NCBI GenBank assembly: GCA_008632985.1
Contig: QPGO01000004.1
Span: forward strand, 248,001-312,000
Source of the DNA: Psammoneis japonica
Taxonomy: Eukaryota
DNA: 64,000 bases
Direction of reading: 5' to 3'
Shown: positions 1 through 13,146 of the stretch, piece after piece
How the letters are laid out: each line of letters starts with the position of its first letter
Position numbering within the stretch: the first letter of the stretch is position 1
The notes under the pieces: model-generated
The model's database searches: none
Seen by the model: the letters and a program-made list of their open reading frames with translations, nothing else
What the model was told of the DNA's origin: nothing
Program-made: the position numbers and the translations under genes

Positions 1-3000
1 TCTCATGAATTTTTCATGAGAGTGCGGCACATTGAAAAGAGTGAAATTTTGAATGTGTTCTACAGAAATTGTGGTCAGCAAAGCAGTGCAACAACACAGA
101 ACACAGCAACACAGTTGTTGACTTCATGTGTTGGTTTTTAGGATTTGCTGAGGGCACTGAACAGCCCAAAAAGGACAAGAAGCAATGTTGAACAAAAACC
201 GCAGCTGCGCAGTTTGTGGGTAAGAGCATCTCGTGTTGTTGCCGCTTTGGTCAACAAATGGTGTGAATGATGACATTGTTCATGATGTGTGCTCTCCTCT
301 TGTCGAGTTGATTCCATTTGATGGAATGTTGTGGTGTGAAGACCTGTGGCACGTTGTTTGCGTGGATTTCTGCACTGCGTTCACTGAGGAAAAAGCGGAG
401 TGAAGCCAAAACAGCACATGAATGTGGGTTCACTGCTTGTGTTCACCAACGTCATCACAGAAAGCATGCATGCCAGCATGACATGGTGAACATGAAGGCG
501 GTTGTCTTCACTTGTGATCTGTCACTTTGCTGCAACTGCCTGCCTGCCAGCAACTGCCAACTGCAGTGCACTGAGATGAGAAACACCACCTCCATCGTCA
601 GTGCAAAGAGAGCAGATCCCAGCCCCTGCGATTTTTGTAACTCTCTCACACCGCTCCTCTGCCCCCCAATCCCAGGCCTCTCAAATCCTCAGTCAGTCTC
701 AAGAACTTTCTTGGCATCACCCTCTCCAACCACCACCTCTCTCTTCTTCTTCTTTTGCCAACCCTTCCCTTCCCAACTCTCTCTGCTCCCACTGCCCACC
801 TGTCTGTGCTGTCAGCCTCCCTTTCTCCCCTCACCCCCAGCCCCCTGCCCCTGCTGCTCTCTGTGCATTGTGTTGCCTGCCACCTGCACCAGCCACCCCC
901 ATTTCTTCCCCACCCCAGCTGCCATTGTTGTGTCTGCTTCTGAGTTTCAAAATGACTTGATTTCACACTCAATGCTTGTCAAACTTTCTTGACTCTGCTG
1001 TTTCAGTGCTGGCACACAATCAACTCAGAACTCCCCCTTGCACAGGTCAACAAAACAGCTGATCTTTGAGACAACTGATTGTGCACAAAGTGCACATGTG
1101 AAGTCAGCTGCTCCAATTTTTCTTGAAAAAAAAAGGAACTGGAGCACCCTGGTTTTTCTCTTTAAAAAAGGAGTTGGAGCACCCTGTTTTTTTGTGGCAG
1201 TGTGAACTCATCACGACAGTGTGAAGGACATGCGCAATTGTTGAAAACAGCCAAACAACTTGATGAAAGAAACAAAAAAAGCAGCTCAAAGGTGCATCTG
1301 AAAGGCTGTGTGCAGGTTTCCATTGTTTTCTCATTAAAAATAAGTGCTCCCCAAAATGTTTTGTGTTTGTTGGTTGCTTGTGCCACCCTCCAAGCAACAT
1401 GGAGACAACAGCCGGCACTGCAAAACAACCAGATCTGAGAAAAAATGCAACAGAAATTGGGGGGAAGTCCACAAAGATTCACTTGCACAAAACACACAGT
1501 GAGACAGAAGAAGAGCAGGCTCAGTGCAGTGCCCCAGCACCTCAGCAGCACACGTGTGTCTCAATGTTAGAAAGTTGGGGTTTGACACCGTTTTTGGAGC
1601 ACAGACAGACAATGTTCAAGTGAAAGCAACAACACTGACAATTGTTGGCAACATGGTGAGTTCAGACAACTCAAAATGAAGTTGGGTCTCTTGCTTGCTT
1701 TTTTAGCTTCTGCACTTGGGCAACACAGCAATCAGCACAGAGTGGTGTTTGCAATCCACAGGGTGAGTTTAGGGATCAGCAAAACCAGCACAGATTGGTT
1801 GGCAGTGAGCCATGAAATTCCAACACTCACCTTGGATGAAAACACATGCCCAGGACAACATCAGCAACAGCGCCTTCTCTTCTCATTCTGTGCTCACCCC
1901 CCCACCCCCCACCCCCTCTCCCAGCTGCACAGCCAAAGTTCCAGAAGCAAGCCTCTTGTTCTCAATGGGGATGAGGAGTGCTTTCAAAAAAAAAACACAA
2001 TGTGCTTCAAACCTGCATGTGCAGAAAGACACCATGAGTTGTGTGGGCACCACTGTGCATGTGTGGCCCAGTGCACTTGCCTGTGGCCACATCTGCTTCC
2101 ACATCATTCAAAGATGCAAACATTTTGTGGTGTTTCTTCCATTGCTTTGACAATGGGTTCTGAGCATAACTCGATTGCTCTTGGGGGGGGGGGGGGGTGA
2201 CATTGACATTTTCAGAGTTCTTTTGGGCCACATTGTCTGACAGGGCAACAAAAGCTGGGCAAAAGGGGCAACCAAAGGTTGCTGCTGATCTCTTGTGGAT
2301 GCTGTTTGCTCTCAAGGGTTCAAGGAGCATCATCAACACCAAAGCCCATGTCCTTGCTCACTTGGAAAAGCTGTGATTCAAAGAAAAACATGTGGCTGTA
2401 GTTTGTGATCCATCAGGCCAAAGCATCATTCAAAGAAGGCTGCCATCAGCCAAGAAGCTGAGCACAACAGAGGGGCAGCATGCTGGTCCAAGCCACTCAG
2501 CCTGCATTGGGCTGAGATCATGAAAATGTGGTGTGCAGTGCAAGTGGAAACATGTGCAACAATTGATCAGAAGGCAAAGGGCACACTGCAAGAAAAGGTC
2601 TGCAAGCAAGTTGCCATGGAACCACACAAAATGGAGCTTCCAGTTGCAAGTGGTCCACACACCAAGCAGACTGCAAGATTTTTCAACCAACAGCACAGCA
2701 GCTCTCTGTGGACACGCTGGTGCTTTTCATTGGGAATGAAACCAATTTTTCATTTGTGGCAGAAGAAGCCTGTCCCCAGCTGACAAAGTTCAGATTTGAC
2801 ATGGAGAAGATGCAAAAGAAGAAATGCAGGATTTGTGGTGGTGATGAGGTTGGGGATGTCACTGTTGTGAGTGGCTTTGCAAGCAGGTGTCCCATGTTGG
2901 GAACTGAAAACTTGGCACCCACAGCAGAAAACAGACAGCAGTGGTTTCACAAACAGCCAGTGTGCCCCTTGATTGGTGGTGTTTTGGATGTCTGCTCCTG

Positions 3001-3329
3001 TTGTTTGATTGGCGCGGGGTTCTTGGTGGCAAGTGGAAATGAATTCCCTGCAAATTTAAAGAAAACTGCTGCATTTTCAGGCATGTCTCACATGCCATGA
3101 TTTGAGATGCCTTGGCACATTTGTGGGAAAGCAATTTGTTGCTGCCAAACTGTGATGTCAAGTGCCACAACCTTGTTGATGTCCTTCTGAAGTCAGCTCC
3201 ACCAAAAAATGAGAAAAACAAACAAACCTGGTTTAAAGTGCTGTTGCACCTTTGCCCAGCAACACCAGCACCAGCTGACCCACATCTCCGGCACACCCTG
3301 CCAGGGGTGCGGCAGAAGAAGTCAATGCA

Positions 3330-6300
3330 GACAGTCTGAATCGGCATCTCTCAGTGGAGTCACCCAATGGAAGCAACTGGTGATGGTGCGTGTGCCGCAA
3401 AGCACCAACTTCTTGGCTTCTTTGAGACTTTCTTTGAGTCTGGGCTGGACCATTGAAATCCAATTTTGTGTGTGCATTGTTGAAAAGGCTTTGTGCTCTT
3501 CTGCTGAGCTGAGCAGCACCTCAGTCTTTGGCCAAACATTCCTGGTGCTTGTTGTGCACAGCTGTCAACTCGGCTTGGACTTTTCGTTGCTGAGATGACT
3601 GCCTGGTGTCTGCATCATGTCCGTGTGCATGCTGGTTGTGCTCTTAACACAGATTCCACCATTGTTTCACATGAACAGTCCCACCTGCACTGTCCAATTT
3701 GGTGGCTGTTTGTTCTCTTCTTGGCAATTATGAAGGATGCCTGAGTCATGCAAATGTCCAGACTGGACCACATTCCAAAGAGTGGAGCACCTTCTGCCAA
3801 ACACTTGTTGCCTTCCTGCATCTGATTGAGCTTGCCACAGGGCTCTGCAGCAGCAGTCCAAATCATTGGGATGCACCATCTCATGGTTGAACCATGCTTG
3901 AAGAGAATCCAACAAAAAGTCGCTGAGTGTGGGCATGACATCAACCTGGTCACAACAACAACACACAAGCCTTGCAGGAACTTTCTGCGCCAGGCTTCAT
4001 TGTGCAGACATCGCAGCACATGATCTCTGTCTTCCATTGGATGCTCACAGTGCAGACAATGATGTGGTTGGACAGAATTGTGTCTGTGGACTGTCTTGTT
4101 GGTGGGCAGGAGATCATGAACAAGCTCAAATGTTCCAACTTGTTGCTTGGAATGCCTTTTTATGAGGATGGCATGAGCGCCCCAATCTGTCAGATCAACC
4201 ACACATCCAGATGCCACTGATTGTGCTCAACAATGTGCTCCAGGAGTTGTGGGGCAGCAGCAGTGCACCTGATTTGCCATTTGAAGCTGGGTGTCAAAGT
4301 GCCATCTTGCAGGATCAAATGAGAGTGACAGTGAGGAAGGGGCAGGACCATTGAAGTGTCCAAGTGCAATGTGGCATTGAGTGGAAGTGTGTGGACAGGG
4401 GCATGTCTGTCTTGGTGTCCTTTTGCCCACTTGACTTGCAAAGGAGATGAGAATGTTCTGGATCTGTGGGATTCTTCCATTGCAATGCGAGTGTGCAACA
4501 TCTCATTGACAACATCCCAGTCAGAGGCGAGGGTGTTGGCTCCATGGTGTTGAATGTGAAAAGCTCTGATGTCATCAGATTGGTCCCCGGGAGACAGAGC
4601 AGGAAGGGCAAAAGACATCTGCTTCAGACAAGACACCAGGGCTTTGTCATCACAATGCACGTCCATCTCCTGAAATTCTTTTCTTCGGTGGCATTCCACA
4701 AATTGGCAGATGAAGTGGATGACAGAGAGAATCCCGCATGCTTCTGCACGGCATGACAATGGTTGTCTTCTGAAAACTGGTCCTGCACAAGAATCTGATG
4801 ATGGAGCTCCTGTGAGTGCAATTGTCCATTCAAAAGCAGCTCCTTCATTCATGGAACCATCGCTCCCTGTGGTCAATGTTGAGGAAGAAAAGTTTTGGAT
4901 CAAAGTGTCAGGGGACACGTGAAATTCAAGCTCTGTGAACAACATTGCCTCCCATTGAGGTGAAGATTGCAGCACATCATGGAATGTGTCCAGAAACTGG
5001 GGAGATGGTGAATCCAGCAAAGAAGTGCAAGGCAAGTTGAATGTTCATCTGCTGTCTTCTGTTGCAGAGAGCTCAGCTGGAAATGATTTGTTGGATGGGA
5101 CCGGTGCTGTTTCGAGTTCTGTGACAGAGTTTGTTCTGGTGCCAATCACTTGAAAAATGTTGCACCCTGAGGGAGACTGATGCACAAATGATCCTCTGAG
5201 GGGGGGAAACACGCGGATGCCTGCATGTGCATCTTGGAAGGAGGCACTGACCAGTTGCTGAGTGGTTCTTTCAGTGTCTGTGATGATGGATGGCACAGGG
5301 AAGCACAGAACTTCTTCCATGTGGTCCAAGCTCCAGTTCCTGGTTTGTGCTGCTTGACATTGTTCAGAGCACTTGAACTGCTCTGAAGCAATGGGTCTCC
5401 AGCAACTTTTGTAGCATCCAAGGTCAAGTTGTCAGACAAAGTAATGTCAGACACAGACAGCACCTGCAAGCACAGACAACAGCTGCCAATCCATCTGATT
5501 TTGTGGTGGGAAAAGAGTTGAGATTGAAGGGCAATGTCCACAATGCACACTGGTCATTGTCACGTTGAAGAGGGAGCATGCCGGAATGTGTCAAGCACAC
5601 TTTGCCGTGAATCCTGTGTGAGAATGAATGGACTGAAGTGAACCAGCAGGATTCCATGTGTGGGAGTGCGGTGTTGACATCCCACAAGAAACTCGCTCCT
5701 GTTCCCAAGATCAACTGGATCCAGAAAATTCCATGTGCAAGAGTTTGTGGGGTTGATCTTCTCCCATCTTGAGGTTTGTGATGCCTCTGGAATGTTTCAA
5801 CAACTGCTGCACTTGAGCCACACCTTGTTCCATGTCCAGCAATCAAAATCCTCCGCCACCAAGAGATTGATGTCCAAACAGGATGAGTTGTTTTGCATTT
5901 CTGTTGCACCCACATTTGGTGAATGCAATCTGCGTTGCTTTTTGTTGAACAGCCAACAACTCTTTTGGCAGAAAAGTCGAGTTTGGAAGTGCATGAGTCA
6001 TCAAAGACAGGCGGCATGCATGGCAGCAATGCCATGTTTCTGTCTGATTGATGGGACAGGATCGGAGGAAGAGAGCTGTGATGTCACTTTTGGTCAGGAG
6101 TTTCTTCAAATGGGTCTTCTGGGTGCCAATTGGAGCAACGTAGTGTCCAAGCATTTTATGTGGAACACATGCCAAAAGTTGTTTGCTGGATTGGGAAGTG
6201 GGCCTGTCTGCTGAGAAGATTTTGATGTCAAGGTCGTCATGGCATGGGTGGACACACAGTTTGCCATGCTCAGTGAAGTCCCATTCCACCATGTGGAATG

Positions 6301-6548
6301 AGCACTTCAGCAACTCGAGTTCGTGACCAGCAGCATCAAGCAAATCACACCAAAGTTGGTCATCCTGTTGGAGGGAAAAGGACAAATCAAACGCAGAAGG
6401 TTGGGGACTTGCGCGAAAGTCATTGACCTGTTTAGATGTGTCATTGATGCACCCTCAATTGCAAACTTGGATGAAGAACCTGCCATTGGGGTTTTTGAAG
6501 TGTGCTCCTGTGGCTCTTGCATCAAAGATGTCTCAAAAAGGTGGCTGC
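3330..6548 (-). mobile_element. Ambal-like non-LTR retrotransposon, 3' part (RT C-terminal half, RNase H, C-terminal Zn finger), decayed
   Basis: Minus-strand fragments: GCINDT (from GYVDDT, ~6430-6455), QLWCDLLDAAGHELELLKCSF, RNase H motifs SDGS...SCRAEACG...HCDDKAL...SDWDV...KWAKGHQD, CLHC...EDRDHVLRC, ending RTITSCF near 3365. Many frameshifts. Confidence 0.8.
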
Positions 6549-6735
6549 TGATACAATGCCGAAGGTCAATGATGACAGAGGCATGAAAGACTCCCCAAGC
6601 ACTGGGACTGTGATGACACAAGCACTGGCAGATGAGAAAGTGAGAGGCAGATCTCAGAGAGATCTGCTCGTCCATCTAAATGGTCCGGTCATCATCCGCA
6701 CACAGTCTGTCCATCATGTGACAGATGGGCTGACA
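6549..6735 (-). repeat. 3' LTR of Copia element
   Basis: Aligns without gaps to 12960-13146; preceded on the minus strand by the purine tract GGGGAGGG. Confidence 0.95.
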
Positions 6736-6743
6736 CCCTCCCC
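6736..6743 (-). other. Polypurine tract
   Basis: ccctcccc on plus = GGGGAGGG on minus, abutting the 3' LTR. Confidence 0.8.
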
Positions 6744-9700
6744 TGATCTGTGACATCCCGAAAATAGAAGACAGTGCAGATCAAAACAAAGAATGGGGAT
6801 GATGTAAACAGAGTGATGAGAAGAAGGACACCAAAGGTGTCCAAGCCCAATGCGCATCAAACAACGGGGCAATGTGCAGCAGGGGAGGCCACCGCGGAAA
6901 AAATGTCAACGTCAGTGTCCCATCATGCATCGAGCATGGTGAGCATGGAGCACCCACCCAAGAGCCTTGGCAAGGTCATTGCTGGGGTTGACAATGCCAG
7001 GGACATGTCTGGTGACAATCTTGCCTGCTTCCTTCCATTCTTGAATCGCGAAGAACTGAGTCTCAATGTGGCGCGAACACTCGGTCGGAATCGAGTGATT
7101 GACGATCTTGATGGCTGATTCGTTGTCAACACACAAAGGGGTCAGCTTCATTTGGGAACAACCAAGGTCATGCAGTGCATGGCAAAGGCAAAGAACATGC
7201 TTGGCGGTGGTGCCAGCAGCACAGAATTCTGCTTCTGTAGAACTTGCAGCAGTCACCAACTGTGTCTTGCAACAAAAAGAGATGGCAGTGCCAGCCAACA
7301 TGCAAGCACATCCCGTCATAGAATGTCGGTTACGAAGATCATTTCTGCACGCAGCATCAAGGAAGGCGACAAGTTGATGGTCACACTCGGGAGCAGGGAA
7401 TGATGGGAGGGATGGATCGGGACTCAAGCGTTCATGCGGATGGGCAGGGAGGCTCGGGTCGCGTTCAGATTTCTTGGAGTTCAATTCCCAATGCTTGGTG
7501 CATTGAAGACACTTGCGTGCACCTTTGAGTGCATCACAGTGTGCTGCCGCAGGGCAAGTGGAGAACTTGGACAGGGTGGTGATGGCACAGCCAATGTTGA
7601 GTCGACAGACAACATGTGTGCATGCAATGGCTCACCAAGTGGGGCACAGCATCCAAAACCAGCAGCTTGTTGCAGCTCCGCATGTTCCGGTGTACCTTCA
7701 GCAGGCCCAATGTCAGTGCAAAGGTCACGAATGGAATCCACCGGGATTGGAGTCGCCTTGAAGTCATCAAGCAGTTCCTCATCACTTGGTGCAGACCAAC
7801 CGTGTGAGAGGCAAACACGGTCAATGCAATTGTGGACAGCAGTGCCAATCGAGTCATCACACTGATGAACATCCACGCCATTGAATTCCTCCAGGAGGCC
7901 AAGATGCTTGAAAGGTGGGGCAGTTTCCGAGTCCAATTGAAGGGCTTTGCCAATCCTAGATCGTCTTGGCAATGGACTCCTTGGGGCAAGCAATGGCAAA
8001 GTCATCAACCTGTCGAAGGAGCAAAATTTTTTGTCCGTCAAATGCAGCAGAGTGGACACACTTGTCGTGAGCAGTGTTCCGAAATAAAAGATTCACATCA
8101 GACAAGATGCCATCAATGTGATTCTCCCAGAGCATGCCGGCTTCTGGGTGTCCTTGGAGAGCATGTTGCATGGGAAGCACCACACTCCTGTCCAGCTCCT
8201 TTCCAAAGCAAGACTTGCACCAAGCAGCATGTGCATCGTCAACAGCAACATAGACAGGATGTGACGGGCGGGGAGAATGGGCACAGGCATCGCGGGCATC
8301 ACTGCCATGTGCCGGACAACCCACTGTAGCTGCCAGGGCAAAGAACATCCGCTGGTGTAACTGCTGGAAATGCTTGACAGCATTGTCATGGGTGAAGACT
8401 GGTTGATGATCAATTGACACAACATGCGCGCCTTTGATCTTGTTGCATGTCGCCTTCAAGTTCAAGAAGAGACAAGCAGCAGGGGAACCACGTTTAATGT
8501 CTGAGACGAAAACACATTGGCACAGATCATCCACAGCCAAAGAGAAGCCACAAGTGGAATCCGTGAAAGGCCCTTTCATGGTGCGTGTGATGGTCTTGGC
8601 AAAAGGGTTACCATGAAAGTGAAATCTCATCCACAGCAGTCTCTTCAGTGTCAGCAGGGAGGGCAGCACCAGCCTGAGTGCATTGCAAATGAACAACATT
8701 TGGGGGGACAGAGTCATGGGATAAATCATTCATCCCCTCATCATGCCGGATGTGCTTGGCCAGCTTTGCACGTGATGTCTCGGTGTCGCACCACAAAATG
8801 TTCTTGGTGGCATCTGGAAGATGTCCCAAGAAAATTCCTTTGCGTGACATGGTCCGGAATTTTGCTGGACGGTGATTCGAAGCACGCACCCAAACGCGAC
8901 AACCAAACATGCGGAAGTTCCGAAAATCATCCTTCCAACAAGTGGCAAGTGCAATCGGAGCAGCAGTCTGCCCCCGGGATGGTGTGGCATTCTTGATCCG
9001 AATAAAATGATGAAAAGCACAGGGCCAAAACTTGATCCGCACTGACAAGCATTGCCCGAATGGCATTGGCAATGGTCAAATGACTCCGTTCAACTGGGCC
9101 ACTCTGATTTGAAGCGTCTTTCCCAGTGGGACGAGTTGCACAATGAAAGTCATCCTTGAAGAGTCGCCGAACCACCGGGTTGTTGTGCAACTCACCTCCT
9201 TGATCCAGAAAAACACATTTGTCAGGACATTTCGGCAAGTGATCCTCCAGAAAGTGGCAAATCCAATTCAAAGGGGTGGCCTTTGAGACACAAGTCGCAC
9301 CATGGAGGCGCTTTGTTGTGTGGTCATAAACAGTGATCCAACATGTCTCTCCACTCAACCCAACACAGTCCTTGGTGTGCTCGGTGTTCTTGGAGCAGAG
9401 GCCAGAGAAAGAAAAGTCTGCTGTGAGACCTTGGCAGGGTTGGGTGGCAGTCAAGGTGGCATCAGGTCCAGCGGGTTCCTTCTTCTGTTTAGCCCAGACA
9501 CAAGTGGGGCAAGTGTCAAGTCAAGGGAGGATGCACCATGTGCAAACTTTGGAATGCCATCAACATGTTTGTGAGCATGGCAAAGACAGTGATCACTGGG
9601 GTGCCCAAGACGTTGATGCCATAAAAGGCGTTCCATGTTGGCCTTGAGGGATTGGATGGGAGTGTTCTTCTCAGTGTGCTGCTCAAACGGAGTGTCTTGA

Positions 9701-12700
9701 CATGCTCAGGGGATTAACTTCCTTTGCATGCGGAGAGCATCATTTTGGCGTGCACGACATGTTTCAATCATGTGGGCCGAGACCGCTTCACATTCATCTG
9801 CAAAGGAGGGGTCGCTTGTCTTGAGGCGCTCGATTGATGCATCCAGCTCATCATGGGATTCTGGGAGGATGAGTGGGTGAGTGTGACACTTGCCATTGAT
9901 CAGTTTCCCATGAAAATGACATCCTGACTCTTGCACAAACAATGCCGTGCAACAAACTTGCAGGTGCCAAGATCATGGAACTTGAGCACACAATCAATGT
10001 TGCAATCCATGCAACAGGCGCCATTTTGGCAGAGCAGCAATCGCTCATCAACCAAGGTGGATTGGAACTGTGGGTGGTGACATGCACAAATCTCAACACA
10101 GCCACAGGAGTTCTCCGCAGGCATGCAAAGGCATCCAAAGCTGATTGGGACAGCTTCATGTCCAAGAGCTGGATTGACAGCAAGCGGGCACGGGGCGGAA
10201 GGAGCAAATGCCTGGTGTCGATGCAGGAGATCATGATCTCCAGTGCAGGCAATGTTGGCACCAGTGTCAAGTTGAGCACAGCGCTCATTTGGTGCAAACT
10301 TGACAGCATTGACAGCACAGGCAGTGCGGAGTGGATCTGGTGGATCCAACTCATCATCGTGAGGTGAGTCAATCAGGGCAATGCTTGCAGAATTCGCTGA
10401 GGTGAAACCATCCTCAACAGCAATGTCGTCACAGGTGAGATCAACAAACTCAGCAAAAAAATCATTTTCCTCTGAATCTTCCCTCCCCTGTTCCAAAGAG
10501 TCCGGAACAGGATCAACACCCAATGTGCCATCAGGGAGAATGGGATTGTCATCAGGCAACTTGGTGGTGTCAGGAGAGACCTTCGAGTCGGGGGCACAGT
10601 CTACATCAGTCGTCGAAGAAAGAGGCAGTGCAGCGGTAGATGATGAGACGGTCAGTCCCTCTTTCACAGTCATCCCGCTGACATTGGTCTTGTCTCGGTG
10701 GGCAGAAAATGGGCTGCGTCGGAGATCCGAAACTGGCTGCAATGGCCCGATTGAAAATCTGGAGACTGGACACCAGAACCAGATGGAGAATCAGATTGTC
10801 CTTGATGAGGCGGCAACAAACCTTGTGGTCCTTGAAATTCAGAGGCACGCATGGCCGCTTCTTGCTTCAAGAATTGACAAAAACGCATGTGGAAGCCCTT
10901 GATGTGTGGATTGTTGTTCAAGACAGGACACTCATGGAACAAGTGTTGTCAGAACAAACAAGGCATGGTTTCTTGGAGGCCTCTGTGGGAGTGACCTTGA
11001 GTTTGTGTGCCGAAGCCGAGTGGACATGATGGAGAAGACGGTCTTAATCTGCAGAAGGCACTTTAAGGTCATTCAATTCACCACAGAGGGAGTCAAAGGC
11101 ATCCTGGGGGAGTTGTTGGTGCTGGCAGCTTCAGGTGACTCGTCAGCATCCTCTGCAATGGGAGGGACATCCGGAACAGTCAAGGAATTGACATCGGCAG
11201 TTGTGCAATGCGCATCTACAGGGTTTCGATCCCATGTGCGGCATGGATTGCAAGGACTCGCATGAGTTGCAAGAGATGGACCATCCAACTGATGAAGGAA
11301 GTCAGACAGAGTCTCAACAATCTGTGCATCCGTGTGCTTCTTGAGCACAGCAGGAGACTTCTTTTCATCCCCAGCAGCACAGATGAGAACTTGGAGCACC
11401 CAGTGTTCTTGACAAAAATGGTCATCTCTCGTGAGTCATCCAACGTAGAGTCCGCATCAAAGACACAAGCATGCAGCTGTAGAAAATCCTTGAAACACAA
11501 GTGACAGTCCGTCAATGACAGATTTCCTTGAGTGGGGTGGGAATCTACCAATCCAGCAGCCTCGTGATCAAAAGCTGGATGGTTCTCGTAGACAATCTGT
11601 TTGAGAGCCTTGCAGCCATTGCCATGGCATGAGGCAACAATCCGATGACACTTGCTGTTCTTGGGGAACACATCAGACTTGGAAAGGATCTTGTGAAAGG
11701 AACTTTGAGCTTCTTTACAATGAACACACATTCGTTGGGGCAAGTCATTGTCTTTGCCGTCACCAATCTCAAAACCCTTCTCACCACCATGATCCTTGGT
11801 GAAGCACCACAAAGGATGCACGTAGCATCCCGAGTCGAATGAGTGACTTGGAAGTTTTGGTGCCATGCACACATCCCAGCGGGAGAGTCATCATGGCAGA
11901 TTGGAGGTTCCCTGAACAGCATCTTCTGGTCAGGGGTCAAGCTCATGACAAACAGGGCACCATCATTGAGAATGATGTGATCAGACCCATCAACACAGAG
12001 TGGCAGAATCCATGGTCACAATGGACAAGAGAGCTCTTCAGGGTGACGGCACCACATTCTTTGTGGTCGTAGCATGCACGAACATCGGGAGGCAGGGTGT
12101 TGGGATTGAAGAGACATTTGGATGCTGTGGAAGTTGCAGGAGTTCCAGAGGTCTTGCCAGAGGTGGCAGAAGGCAGAGCATTGCTCGACGCAAACTTGTC
12201 AAGGGCAGTGATTAAGTCATCCACACCAACAGTTGCAGGTCCTGAACTGGTCGTAGATGAGGGTGCAGGCTGTGGGTTCTGCGGGTGGGGCGTGAAAGAG
12301 AACTCCTTCCAATCCTGATAATTCCACATCATGTTGGGGCCAACACAAATGTTTTGTGTAGAGATGACAATGTGTGTGACTTGATCGTGGTTCCGGAGAT
12401 TGGTCTTGATGATCAATGAGAGAGCTGTGGGCATCATGCGGATCGCACAAGGCCTGGTGGAGTCTGTGGTGCAGGACGCAGCTTGATCCACAATCATCTT
12501 GACAGGCTGCATGTCCATGGGATGAACTGTGCAAGGTGGGAACGCCGTGTTGACGATGTGATCTTGAAATGGGTCAACAAAATCTTTCTTCGATTGAGCA
12601 TGTTCTGGATCATCAAAGAATGGGTCCAGATCAAATGTTGAATCCGCACACATCTTGTTCAAACATGTGTGGAGATGAGGTGTTGTTGTGTGTTCTTGAA

Positions 12701-12947
12701 ATTCACAATGGATCTCTGCAATGGATGTCGGAGCAGCCTTTGCAAGGTCGGGAGATGCCATGGTTGCACTTGGTGAGAGCATTTTTGGTCATGCACACGT
12801 GGAAATCTGGTGTGTTTCTATGATCATGAAAAATGCCGGGAAAGCGAGAAAAAAATTGTTGGAACAGACAACGAGGCTTGCTCGGTCGGCTCACAAAACA
12901 AATGAATTGAGACAGAAAGCTTGGCGCAGAGTTCTGTGGCACAGCAC

Positions 12948-12959
12948 AAGGCCACAACC
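12948..12959 (-). other. Primer binding site (initiator tRNA-Met fragment type), mutated
   Basis: Minus strand reads GGTTGTGGCC directly after the 5' LTR; resembles the Copia PBS GGTTATGGGCCC with TA->TG. Confidence 0.6.
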
Positions 12960-13146
12960 TGACAGAATGCCAAAGGTCAACAATGACAGAGGTGTGAAAG
13001 ACTCCCCAAGCACTGGGACTGTGACAACACGAGTGCCAACAGATGAGAAAGTGAGAGGCAGATCTCAGAGAGATCTGCTCGTCCATCTAAATGGTCCAGT
13101 CATCATCTGCACACAGTCTGTCCATCACACAATGGATGGGCTGACA
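12960..13146 (-). repeat. 5' LTR of Copia element
   Basis: 187-bp direct repeat of 6549-6735, followed by TSD GCTGC. Confidence 0.95.

Larger units (their letters stand above)
6549..13146 (-). mobile_element. Ty1/Copia (CoDi-type) LTR retrotransposon with both LTRs, internally decayed
   Basis: 187-bp TG...CA LTRs; 5-bp TSD GCTGC (6544-6548, 13147-13151). Order gag, protease (QLDTGAN), LWHQRLGHP, integrase (DQGGEL...GPVER), RT (ALQGHPEAG, RQVDDFAIAC), RNase H (AFLDAA...SSTEAEF) is the Copia order. Part of the RT N-terminus appears deleted near 8350. Confidence 0.95.

Noticed and set aside
640..930. Pyrimidine-rich tract giving Pro/Cys-rich ORFs
   Set aside because: Low-complexity decayed sequence with no assignable domain.
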